Shown here: positions 29,976 to 38,779 of the stretch, piece by piece
Position numbering within the stretch: position 1 is the stretch's first letter
How the letters are laid out: each line of letters starts with the position of its first letter
Assembly (NCBI GenBank): GCA_900313115.1
Contig: OMPX01000053.1
Location: 568 to 64,567, forward strand
DNA from: an uncultured bacterium
Lineage (GTDB): Bacteria > Cyanobacteriota > Vampirovibrionia > Gastranaerophilales > Gastranaerophilaceae
Direction of reading: 5' to 3'
Length of the DNA stretch: 64,000 nt
The notes under the pieces: model-generated
Databases searched by the model: none
Told to the model about the DNA's origin: nothing
Seen by the model: the letters and a program-made list of their open reading frames with translations, nothing else
Position numbers and translations under genes: made by a program

Positions 29976-30120
29976 ATTTTTCTCCTCTTATGTGTCTATA
30001 CAAGTTTAGTCTAACACAAATATATTTTATTCAGAAAATTTTTCTATATTAATAAATATGAAAATTTACAACAAAGCTATACAAAATGGTATTCAGTCCA
30101 CTATACAAAGATTTAATTTA

Positions 30121-30152
30121 ATAAAAGCAAAAGGTGCCACAAAAATGGCACC
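30121..30152 (-). terminator. intrinsic terminator downstream of the 67-aa ORF
   Basis: The minus strand reads GGTGCCA TTTTTG TGGCACC followed by TTTTGCTTTTAT. Confidence 0.75.
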
Positions 30153-30217
30153 ATCAAATCCGGTAATTACCTTGCTTTCCCCTTTAATTTATAATCTCTC
30201 CAGTTTTAATTCTTCTG

Positions 30218-30421
30218 TTAAACAGGTTCTCCATATACAGATTTTAGAACCTCTACAACTTTTGGCATTTGACATACAAAAGAATAGTTTCCTTTTGAAA
30301 TTGAACACATTTTACAATTACCACCAAGGTTGTAACATTCCAATGCCTGTTCAGTCCAATTCTGAGTAATGGAATCTGATAATTCTCCATTAGTTTGCGG
30401 ATAAAAAACATCTTGTAACAT
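30218..30421 (-). CDS. hypothetical small Cys-containing protein
   Basis: 67-aa ORF with SD GAGAGGAA and its own terminator. Cys pattern C-x7-C-x2-C-x11-C. Family not recognised. Confidence 0.55.
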   Translation of the reverse strand: MLQDVFYPQTNGELSDSITQNWTEQALECYNLGGNCKMCSISKGNYSFVCQMPKVVEVLKSVYGEPV

Positions 30422-30445
30422 AAATTAAATTCCTCTCAAACTCTC

Positions 30446-30462
30446 TTGGCAAAAATTGCCAA
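30446..30462. promoter_or_regulatory. perfect 7-bp inverted repeat TTGGCAA-AAA-TTGCCAA (possible operator)
   Basis: Read directly; lies 25-41 nt upstream of the 67-aa ORF start. Confidence 0.4.
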
Positions 30463-30580
30463 CATCTCCCACAATTACTATATCAAAATTAGTCATGTTG
30501 TTTCATCATTCATATAGATGATTAATTGTCATGGATAAATTTTCAAAAAAAATATCCATACCGCTCTTAAAAATATCTTA

Positions 30581-30602
30581 TATAGTCTGTATTCAGACTA
30601 TA
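30581..30602. promoter_or_regulatory. perfect 9-bp inverted repeat TATAGTCTG-TATT-CAGACTATA
   Basis: Read directly, in the 335-nt divergent intergenic region upstream of the aminotransferase gene. Confidence 0.4.
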
Positions 30603-30656
30603 CATCACAGGTCTTTTATACTGATATGTCAATATTATAAAAAATTTACAAAAGTT

Positions 30657-30678
30657 AATGGTCTGAGCTGAGACCATT
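30657..30678. promoter_or_regulatory. 8-bp inverted repeat AATGGTCT-GAGCTG-AGACCATT (operator or attenuator hairpin)
   Basis: Read directly. Shares a GTCTG...AGAC core with the repeat at 30581 and is followed by TTTACTTTT. Confidence 0.4.
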
Positions 30679-30756
30679 TACTTTTAAGAATGGATATGCT
30701 ATTTTGAATTACACATGGTATAAATTGCCTTAGAAAAATTTTAGTGAGGAAAAAAT

Positions 30757-32154
30757 ATGATTTGTTTAGAAGAAGAAAAAAGACTTACGGATGCTGAGAT
30801 TAAAGAAATGGATGCAGAATACGATTCATACGGTGACACAGTTCACTATTCTCCTGATCCAAAAGTTTTTGCAGGTTGTGAAGGATCATATATGTATGAT
30901 TCAAATGACACACCTTATTTAGATTTACAGATGATGTATTCAGCTTGTAACTTTGGTTACAGAAATCAAAGAATCAATGATGCAATATTAGATCAAATGA
31001 ATACAATGCCACAACTTTGTCCAAAATATTTATATGATTACAAACCAATGTTGGCAAAGAAAATGGCTGATATGAACTATAAAAGATTTGGCGAAAAGGG
31101 CAGAATCCACTTTAACGTAGGTGGCGCTCAAGCAAACGAAGATGCCCTAAAAGTTATAAGAAACTATACAGGTCGTAATGCTGTATTTGCGTTCCAAGGC
31201 GGTTACCACGGAAGAACAATTGGTGCAACATGTATGACATCATCATTCCGTTACAGAGAAAAATATGGACACTTTGGTGATAGAGCTCAATTTATCCCAT
31301 TCCCATATTGTTTCCGTTGCCCATACGGTATGAAATGTGACTCTTGTAACCACTTCTGCGTTAAGCAAGTAGCTAAGATGTTTGAAAGTGAATACAATTC
31401 ATACTATGATCCTAAGACAGGGGAATGTGAATATAAAGCATTCTATTGCGAACCAATCTTAGGTACAGGCGGATATATTAATCCACCTGAATGGTACTTT
31501 AAAGAATTAAAAGAAATTTTAGACGAACATAACATCATGTTATGTGTTGATGAAGTTCAAATGGGTATGTTCAGAACAGGTAAACTTTGGGCTATTGAAA
31601 ACTATGGAGTTACACCTGACATTCTTTCTTTTGCAAAATCAATTACAAACGGTATGAATCCGTTGGCAGGTTTCTGGGCTAAGGAAAAATTTGTAGCACC
31701 TGACGTGTTCACACCTGGTTCTGCTCACTCTACATACTGTTCTAATCCAATGGGTGTTAGAGCTGCTTATGAAGTAATGAGCATCGTAGAGGAAGATGAA
31801 AAGAAATTAGAACACGATATTCCTATCAAATCAGCAAGATTTATGAACGGATTGAAATATTTACAATCTAAATATAAATCAATTGGTGATGTTGATGGTA
31901 TCGGTTTCGCATTAAGAATTGAATTAACACAAAAAGACGGTATCACGCCAAACAGAGAGTTGTGTGATGCTATGCAAGAAGAAGGATTGAAGGGCGACTT
32001 ATCATACAATGGTAAGAAGTGTGGTCTTGTTCTTAACAACGGTGGTTTCTATAAGAACATTATTACACTTGTTCCACAATTGTACATTTCTAATGAAGAA
32101 ATTGATATGGCAATTGATTTGTTTGACCAGTTGTTTAGCAGATTGGATAAATAG
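30757..32154 (+). CDS. class III (PLP-dependent) aminotransferase, substrate unknown
   Basis: GGAQANEDALK, FQGGYHGRT, DEVQMGMFRTG and FAKSITNG (PLP Lys) motifs. SD GTGAGGAAAA. Confidence 0.88.
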   Translation: MICLEEEKRLTDAEIKEMDAEYDSYGDTVHYSPDPKVFAGCEGSYMYDSNDTPYLDLQMMYSACNFGYRNQRINDAILDQMNTMPQLCPKYLYDYKPMLAKKMADMNYKRFGEKGRIHFNVGGAQANEDALKVIRNYTGRNAVFAFQGGYHGRTIGATCMTSSFRYREKYGHFGDRAQFIPFPYCFRCPYGMKCDSCNHFCVKQVAKMFESEYNSYYDPKTGECEYKAFYCEPILGTGGYINPPEWYFKELKEILDEHNIMLCVDEVQMGMFRTGKLWAIENYGVTPDILSFAKSITNGMNPLAGFWAKEKFVAPDVFTPGSAHSTYCSNPMGVRAAYEVMSIVEEDEKKLEHDIPIKSARFMNGLKYLQSKYKSIGDVDGIGFALRIELTQKDGITPNRELCDAMQEEGLKGDLSYNGKKCGLVLNNGGFYKNIITLVPQLYISNEEIDMAIDLFDQLFSRLDK

Positions 32155-32156
32155 TC

Positions 32157-32984
32157 GTGTCATTAGACTTTGAACTATTAAATGAAGATAGAACTACGAG
32201 TCGTGCCGTGTTATTATTTCACGGCATGACAGGTAGTCCGTACGAGATGAAGAAGTACGGACAATTTTTGTGTTCTCTTGGCTACGATGTTTATTGTGAT
32301 TGTTTACCCGGACACGGCGATAAAGTAGAAGAAATTTATACAGTTACATATCAAGATTGGCTTAATCACGCATACAAAAGATTTGAAGAACTCAAGAGTA
32401 AATATGATGAAGTATATTTATCAGGTTTGTGTTTAGGTGCTGTTTTAGCTGTTGCCGTTGCGGAAAAATATCCTGATGATGTTTCAGGAATTGTTGCGCT
32501 TTCTACAACACTATTTTTAGACGGTTGGAGATTACCTTGGTATAAAATTTTTATACCGATTGGATTGTCAAGTATCATCAGATTTTATTACACCTATCCT
32601 GAATGTGAACCGCACGGAATTAAAAACGAAAGAACTCGTGCTGTTGTAAAAAAATTGTTAGAAAAAAGTGATGTCGGGATGATGGATTTTCCAATGACGT
32701 GTATTTTTGAGCTATTAAAATTATCAAGACAGGTCAGAAATAAAAAACGCCTGAGCAAAGTTACCGCACCGATATTATTTATTCACTCAAAAGAAGATGA
32801 CTTAACAAGCACAAAAAGTGCAAAAGTTGTTTATGAGGGGATTTCATCAACTGATAAAAACATGATTATTTTATACGATAGTTATCACATGGTTTTATAT
32901 GATAACGAAAAAGAATTTGTATTTAATACAGTTGGGGAATTTTTTAATTCGCACTCAAAAGTAAAGGAGTGTGTACCGTGCTAA
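32157..32984 (+). CDS. alpha/beta hydrolase (esterase-like) with Cys at the nucleophile elbow
   Basis: LLFHGMTGSP oxyanion region; the elbow is G-L-C-L-G (Cys92, nt 32430-32432) instead of GxSxG. Asp (SKEDDL) and His (SYHMV) candidates are present. GTG start. Confidence 0.8.
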   Translation: MSLDFELLNEDRTTSRAVLLFHGMTGSPYEMKKYGQFLCSLGYDVYCDCLPGHGDKVEEIYTVTYQDWLNHAYKRFEELKSKYDEVYLSGLCLGAVLAVAVAEKYPDDVSGIVALSTTLFLDGWRLPWYKIFIPIGLSSIIRFYYTYPECEPHGIKNERTRAVVKKLLEKSDVGMMDFPMTCIFELLKLSRQVRNKKRLSKVTAPILFIHSKEDDLTSTKSAKVVYEGISSTDKNMIILYDSYHMVLYDNEKEFVFNTVGEFFNSHSKVKECVPC

Positions 32985-33310
32985 TGACAATTTTTAAATA
33001 TTTATTTGTAATAAATGCAATAATATTTGGCTCTATGATTGTGTATGGCAAATGTTTTGTATTCAGAAAAAAGAAACCTCAATTTGTGTCAGATTATTGC
33101 GCTACACTAGCAGTTTTCTTAGGATTATATTCAATCCTGTCAATTATTTTAGTATGGTTTCTTCCATCAACGGCATCTAAATTATTAATGCTTGCCTTTG
33201 GTATATCTCCATTTTTAATCGGAGCATTGGCAACTTACCATACTGAAAAATATTTTACGGCAATACAGGTTATACTTATTGCAGCAAGTGCAGGATACGT
33301 GCTATTATAG
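32984..33310 (+). CDS. hypothetical small membrane protein
   Basis: Three or four hydrophobic helices. The ORF opens at 32969, but ATG 32984 overlaps the upstream stop (TAATG coupling). Confidence 0.5.
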   Translation: MTIFKYLFVINAIIFGSMIVYGKCFVFRKKKPQFVSDYCATLAVFLGLYSILSIILVWFLPSTASKLLMLAFGISPFLIGALATYHTEKYFTAIQVILIAASAGYVLL

Positions 33311-33319
33311 GGCATAAAT

Positions 33320-34036
33320 ATGACTTATGTATTTTTAGATTTTGACGGAGTTTTGTTTAACACATTAAAAGAAGCCTATATCCTATGCAGGTATGCTTTT
33401 TGTGGGACTGATTACTTTGAGCCCGTTAATGAAAATGAATATCAAAAATTGTATAGATTCAAATTTCTTGTATATAATTCATGGCAATATTACTATTTAA
33501 TGAGTTTAATAAAAGAAAATCTGTCAGATAGCGAACTTATGTCAAAATATGACAAATTTATGAATAATCGCAATAATAAAGCTGAAAAGATGTTCGATGA
33601 AAAATATTATTCTGCAAGAAGTGATTTAATGCAAAATTATCACGAATTTTGGGATAAATTAGAAACACCGTTTGAGTTTTTTGAAGAAATAAAAAATTTG
33701 TACGACAGCAACAAAATCACCCCGATAATCGTATCAAAAAAGAATAAAACAGCCATTGAATACAGGCTTAAACAGTATGGACTGAATATCGACAATAGCG
33801 ATATCTTCGGCAAAGATGAACTAATTAAATACGATACAAAAGCAGATTTTATTAACAATTATATGAATAAAAAGAATATACTGTCATCATTTTTTGTTGA
33901 TGATAATTCTAATAATTTAATACCCTGCAAAAAATACCCAAATATCACACCTTTACTTGCAGGTTGGGGTAATATTGCAATAAATGAAAAAGGTTTAACC
34001 GAATCTAAAATTATTGATGTGTTACGTAACCGTTAA
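33320..34036 (+). CDS. HAD-superfamily hydrolase
   Basis: Motif I FLDFDGVLFNT, IVSKKNK (motif II/III region) and a C-terminal FFVDDN acidic motif. Confidence 0.7.
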   Translation: MTYVFLDFDGVLFNTLKEAYILCRYAFCGTDYFEPVNENEYQKLYRFKFLVYNSWQYYYLMSLIKENLSDSELMSKYDKFMNNRNNKAEKMFDEKYYSARSDLMQNYHEFWDKLETPFEFFEEIKNLYDSNKITPIIVSKKNKTAIEYRLKQYGLNIDNSDIFGKDELIKYDTKADFINNYMNKKNILSSFFVDDNSNNLIPCKKYPNITPLLAGWGNIAINEKGLTESKIIDVLRNR

Positions 34037-34040
34037 TCAT

Positions 34041-34835
34041 TTACCCCTCAGAAACAGGAGAAACTCCCCAATTTAGCTTATTTCTCAGGACAGGATAGAA
34101 ATTATAATCTTTTGGGAAAGCAAGTTTTGCTCTATATTCATATTGTTCAATTGTGACTTCTTTTAGTTCTGTAATTTTTTCCTGACCATCAGCAGAGACA
34201 TCAAGGACATCTTCCGTACTTTTAATAACAATTTTCTCGGTTGCAGGAACGACAAGAGGTCTTGCAGTCATTGTGTGTGCGCAAATTGGTACAATTACCA
34301 TTGCTTCCAATCTTGGATAGACAATAGGTCCTCCTGCTGATAAACCGTATGCCGTTGAACCGGTTGGAGTTGCAACAATTATCCCATCTGCTATATAGTC
34401 ACTGACTAATTTATCATTGATAAACAAATTAAACTTTGATGTTCTGATTGAAGAATGTCCTTTCACAACAAAATCGTTCAGAGCCGATAAATTTTCCGAT
34501 TTCAACATTAATCGTTCTCTGACTTTATAATCTTCATTTCTGATAATATCACCCAATGATTTTGCATCACTGTGAGTAATTAAGGATAAAAAACCTAATC
34601 TGCCTGCATTTATACCCATAACAGGGGTTGAATATTTCGCATAAAATCTTGATGATTTTAGAACTGTACCATCCCCGCCTACAGCGCAGACCAAATCATA
34701 ACCATTTTTCAAATTATCAATATCCAACAAATCATAACTAATACCATTTTTATCAAGATTTGATTTAATGGATTCAATTATACTTTCTGTAGATTTTGCT
34801 TTTCTGTTTATAACAACTGCAAGCTTTTTTGTCAT
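34041..34835 (-). CDS. nadK: NAD+ kinase
   Basis: GGDGT motif (AVGGDGTVLK) and TPTGSTAY motif. Confidence 0.95.
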   Translation of the reverse strand: MTKKLAVVINRKAKSTESIIESIKSNLDKNGISYDLLDIDNLKNGYDLVCAVGGDGTVLKSSRFYAKYSTPVMGINAGRLGFLSLITHSDAKSLGDIIRNEDYKVRERLMLKSENLSALNDFVVKGHSSIRTSKFNLFINDKLVSDYIADGIIVATPTGSTAYGLSAGGPIVYPRLEAMVIVPICAHTMTARPLVVPATEKIVIKSTEDVLDVSADGQEKITELKEVTIEQYEYRAKLAFPKDYNFYPVLRNKLNWGVSPVSEG

Positions 34836-34880
34836 TTTAAACCTTTCTTTTTAACCGATAAATTACAAACTCTGTTCAAC

Positions 34881-34920
34881 ATTTACCCCTATTTACCCCT
34901 ATTTACCCCTATTTACCCCT
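34881..34920 (-). repeat. four perfect tandem copies of the decamer AGGGGTAAAT (plus strand ATTTACCCCT)
   Basis: Read directly, between the TPR gene stop (34925) and the nadK start (34835). Confidence 0.98.
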
Positions 34921-34924
34921 GTCT

Positions 34925-37426
34925 TTAGCCGACGTTTTTGTAGTTTATCATCATTTTTTTAGATTGCATCATATATTTTTTTGTGTCCTCATTTTCAGGG
35001 TTTAGGTCATAAGCCTTTGAAAAATCAAGATATGCTTTCGGGTAATCTCTCAGCATATAATATGACATTCCTCTGTTAAAATATGCTCTTTCATCATCAG
35101 GGTTCATCTCAATAACCTTTGAACAATCATCAATAGCGCCTTCATAATCTTTTACGACATATCTTAAAGCACCACGATTCGTTAAAGCTTTTAAATGATT
35201 TGGATTTAAAGATATAGCTTTATTGTAATCTCTCAAAGCAAGCTCTTTATTATTAAGCTTATGAGCCAAGACACCTCTGTTATAGTATGCATCAGCATCT
35301 GTTTGGCAAATAAGTATAGCACTGTTCATATCTTCAAGCGCTTTTTTATCTTTTCCGTCTTTTGCATATAAAAGCCCTCTTGCTGTATATGCCTGATAAC
35401 ATTTTGGATTAAAATCAATTGCCTTTGTGTAATTGATTATGGCAGAATCATCGTTTCCAAGTTGTTCTTCAACGACGGCCTTATTAAAATATAACTTTGA
35501 GTCATCAGGTTTAAAAGAGATAGCTTTCGTAAAATCTTTTACGGCACCTGCCATATCTTGCATTTCATACTTTGCTATCCCTCTGTTGTAATAAATATCA
35601 GATGAGCGCTTTGCATAAGTCAGAGCAATTGTGTAATCAGCGATTGCGTCTTGGTAGTTTTGTTTCTTCATTTTTAACAGCGCTCTTGCATTATACCCTG
35701 CAACATTTTTAGGATCTAACTCTAACAGTTTTGTGTAGTCTGCCATAGCCTTTTCATCATCACCAAGTTTTTGATATGCATACGCACGTTGTGAATAATT
35801 TGAACTTATTGTTTTATCTAATGCGATACTTTTTGAAAAATATGTTATTGCAGATTTATAATCTTCAAGGTTCATATAATCAACACCTATTGCGTACAAA
35901 ATTGGCGCATCAGAATTTGAAAGCACTAATGCTTTATTATAATGGCTTATAGCTTTTTCATACTCTTTTTGTTTATCATACATGCCTGCCAGAGCCAAGT
36001 GAGAAGCGGGGTCTGCGCCATTGATTTCTGCCAACTGTTCATAATCATCAAGCGCTGCTTTAGGGTTATTCATTTTTTCATAAACAACCGCTCTGTTTAT
36101 GAGCGCATCTTTTGATTTTGGGTTAAATTCAAGAGCCTTTGTATAGTCTTCAACAGCACCCTTTAAATCATTTTGTTTTTCATATTTTATATTGCCTCTC
36201 ATCACATAAGCGTAATCAGACTCTTTCAGATATAATGCTCTTTTTAAATCTTTAAGAGCTTCTTCAGTTTTATCAAGATTCATTTCTGCGACTGCTCTTG
36301 CATAATACGCCTTTTCATACATAGGCTTGAACTCAAGTATTTGATTACATTCTTCTAATGCTTCATTATACATTTGGCGATTTAGATAATGTTCAGCTCT
36401 TGCATAATACAAATCTATATTTGTATTATTTTTCTTTATTTTGGCATTTATAATATCTAATTCTTTATCTCTTTCTATCTTTGGCTCTTCAACTGTTTTG
36501 ACAAGTTCTTCGGAAGTTATTTCTTTATTAACTTTTTTATTTTCTTTGTTATTTTGGTTTAGATTTTTTTTAACTTGTTCTTGTAATTCTATGCTATTAG
36601 AAATAATTGATTCATCAATTTGTTCAAGCACCATTTCTTTATTATTTTCAGATTTGTTCTCATTTTTTATATCATTTTGGGTTTCAGCTACAGGTTTTAC
36701 AGCTTCAAATATTTCTGATATTTCTGATGCTTTTTGATTGTTATCTTCTTCACTCTTTTTGTAATCACCTATAGTTGTTATAACTTCACTATCATCAAAC
36801 TCTTTTACAGATGATATTGCTGAAAGATTAGGATTATTATCAACACCTGTATCTTCCGAATTTTTTTCAATTTTATTATTTTTAGCAGTTTTTTGTTGTT
36901 TTGGTTCAGCCTGCACCGTACCTAATTTTTCAGAATCACTTAATTCTAAATCAATTTCTTTCGGTAATTTTTTAACTTGCTTTTCTTGAACTTTTGGAGC
37001 TGATGTTATAAAAGTAATTTCATTTAAGTTTTCTTCTTTTTCTTCATTATCTTCTGAAAATGTAATTTTTTCTTGCTTTATTGTGTCTTTTGTAGAATAC
37101 CCTTCATAAAAATTATAATCATCGTTTTCATATATTTTTTTATCAGATTCAGAATAAGTTAAAACATTAAAGTCATCCTCTTCATACTCAATCCCCGAAA
37201 AAGAGCTAACTTTATAGAAACGCTCTGTATCTTCAGTTATATCTACGCAAGGGGCAACAAAATTATCATAATAATCATAAGATTCATCAAAGACATCAAC
37301 ACATGGCGCAATATAATCAAAATCTTTAATATCATCCGTTTTTGAATTTTTTGCAAAGGCACTTTGTTGTATGCATAAAGTTAATAATAATAAAATTAAA
37401 TACTTACTAAATCTTTTAATCATCAT
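34925..37426 (-). CDS. secreted/periplasmic TPR-repeat protein
   Basis: Signal peptide ...QQSAFA, acidic/Lys-rich low-complexity linker, then about 13 consecutive 34-aa TPR units (YYNRG.A...A..D...AI..NP). Confidence 0.85.
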   Translation of the reverse strand: MMIKRFSKYLILLLLTLCIQQSAFAKNSKTDDIKDFDYIAPCVDVFDESYDYYDNFVAPCVDITEDTERFYKVSSFSGIEYEEDDFNVLTYSESDKKIYENDDYNFYEGYSTKDTIKQEKITFSEDNEEKEENLNEITFITSAPKVQEKQVKKLPKEIDLELSDSEKLGTVQAEPKQQKTAKNNKIEKNSEDTGVDNNPNLSAISSVKEFDDSEVITTIGDYKKSEEDNNQKASEISEIFEAVKPVAETQNDIKNENKSENNKEMVLEQIDESIISNSIELQEQVKKNLNQNNKENKKVNKEITSEELVKTVEEPKIERDKELDIINAKIKKNNTNIDLYYARAEHYLNRQMYNEALEECNQILEFKPMYEKAYYARAVAEMNLDKTEEALKDLKRALYLKESDYAYVMRGNIKYEKQNDLKGAVEDYTKALEFNPKSKDALINRAVVYEKMNNPKAALDDYEQLAEINGADPASHLALAGMYDKQKEYEKAISHYNKALVLSNSDAPILYAIGVDYMNLEDYKSAITYFSKSIALDKTISSNYSQRAYAYQKLGDDEKAMADYTKLLELDPKNVAGYNARALLKMKKQNYQDAIADYTIALTYAKRSSDIYYNRGIAKYEMQDMAGAVKDFTKAISFKPDDSKLYFNKAVVEEQLGNDDSAIINYTKAIDFNPKCYQAYTARGLLYAKDGKDKKALEDMNSAILICQTDADAYYNRGVLAHKLNNKELALRDYNKAISLNPNHLKALTNRGALRYVVKDYEGAIDDCSKVIEMNPDDERAYFNRGMSYYMLRDYPKAYLDFSKAYDLNPENEDTKKYMMQSKKMMINYKNVG

Positions 37427-37433
37427 CTGCTAC

Positions 37434-38096
37434 CTATAATTCTACACTTTCTTCAAATTTTAATACTAATGGCGTTTTATTCTTAGCAGAAATATTTTTC
37501 TTAAATAATTCTATATCTGCATTTATTTGAGGGAAAGTATTATAATGCATAGGAATTATTGTTTTTGCCCCTATCCAATCTGAAGCAATAGTTGCATTTT
37601 CAATATCCATTGTAAAATGTCCTCCAATAGGTAAAATTGCAATATCAGGTTTATATACTTCGCCTAAGACTTTCATTTCAGAGTTTAGACAAGTATCACC
37701 TGCGTGAAAAATTCTTTTCCCTTCAATTTCAAATAAGTAACCGACAGGACAACCTGCATAAACACCATCATCGGTAGAGCTTGAATGGAACGCAGGAATT
37801 GCAATTACTTTACCCCAGTCAAAATTTATCCACCCTCCGACAGAAATCCCATTTACATTAACACCATATCTTGCACAATATTTTGCTAATTCAAAAACAG
37901 CGGTGATAAGAGCACCCGTTTTCATTGCAATTTGCGGAGCTTTTCCCAAATGATCAGCGTGCCCGTGCGTCACAAAAATGTCAGTTGTTCCTGAGTAATC
38001 ATAATCAGGACACTTTACCAAAAACGGGTCTATCAATATTTTTCCGTTTGAAGTTTCAATTTCAAAAGCACTGTGTCCTAAATATTTTAATTTCAT
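37434..38096 (-). CDS. metal-dependent hydrolase, UPF0173/MBL fold
   Basis: MKLKYLGHSAF..., THGHADHLG zinc motif; 220 aa. Confidence 0.85.
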   Translation of the reverse strand: MKLKYLGHSAFEIETSNGKILIDPFLVKCPDYDYSGTTDIFVTHGHADHLGKAPQIAMKTGALITAVFELAKYCARYGVNVNGISVGGWINFDWGKVIAIPAFHSSSTDDGVYAGCPVGYLFEIEGKRIFHAGDTCLNSEMKVLGEVYKPDIAILPIGGHFTMDIENATIASDWIGAKTIIPMHYNTFPQINADIELFKKNISAKNKTPLVLKFEESVEL

Positions 38097-38158
38097 GTCA
38101 AGCTCCTATTTTGTATGATAGCGGATTTTCTATAATAAAATTTTACCATTCTCAAGTT

Positions 38159-38572
38159 TTAGTGTAAATATTCTTTGAATTCTTTATTTACACTAAATGA
38201 ATATCCGCATCCTTCAAGTGTTTGTCCGTTATTCTTAATAAAATCAGGAATAATGAACGGATATTCTCTGCAAAACATTGAGCGTATCCAATAAGCTCCA
38301 CATTTTCCATCATCTTTTAAAGATTTACATTTGAAAGTTAAAGCCCCATCAGTTTCGTCTATTCCTGAAATTTCAAACATATTCATTCGTTTGTTTTTTA
38401 ATTTTGCCTTCTCAAACTGTTCTTCTGTTTTAATTAGTTCATTGCCATCGTAAAAAACAATAGAACGACAGCATTTCCCACAGGCTTTACATTTGCCTTT
38501 TACAATATATTTTGAAGAAAATGTTTTGTTGTATAAAAATTTAATATGTTGATATAAGGTTTTTAAAAACAT
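38159..38572 (-). CDS. YkgJ-family cysteine-cluster protein
   Basis: CKACGKCC (CxxCxxCC) plus a second Cys group (CKSLKDDGKCGAY...CREYP). Confidence 0.75.
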   Translation of the reverse strand: MFLKTLYQHIKFLYNKTFSSKYIVKGKCKACGKCCRSIVFYDGNELIKTEEQFEKAKLKNKRMNMFEISGIDETDGALTFKCKSLKDDGKCGAYWIRSMFCREYPFIIPDFIKNNGQTLEGCGYSFSVNKEFKEYLH

Positions 38573-38779
38573 AACTCAATCTTATACTTAATATTTATTG
38601 TTGTAAATGAATAAATATTCAAAAAATAGTCCAATTGTCTAATGATTATATTTTTTAAGTCATGTACATTTTTCTATTTTTAATTTATTATATTAATGTT
38701 GTAGATTAGTTTAGGGATGAGGTATATATAGCTATCACTATAATATAAAACCTCTGTGAATATTCATAACGGAGAGCTT

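Noticed and set aside
30058-30369. 103-aa plus-strand ORF overlapping the 67-aa minus-strand ORF
   Set aside because: It has no SD and runs through the minus-strand terminator hairpin. The minus-strand ORF has both an SD and a terminator, so I prefer that one.
30446-30462. TTGGCAA-N3-TTGCCAA as a sigma-54 (-24/-12) promoter
   Set aside because: The GG to GC spacing is 10 nt, whereas the TGGCAC-N5-TTGC consensus requires about 12 nt. It is more likely a symmetric operator.
34881-34920. Tandem repeats at 34881, 46702, 12275, 62537 and 63097 as CRISPR arrays
   Set aside because: The units are 7-10 nt and directly abut with no spacers. There are no cas genes.
38590-38619. 10-bp inverted repeat AATATTTATT-N10-AATAAATATT between the YkgJ-like gene and the RND operon
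   Set aside because: It consists only of A/T in an AT-rich promoter region and could arise by chance. No TetR-type regulator is nearby to bind it.
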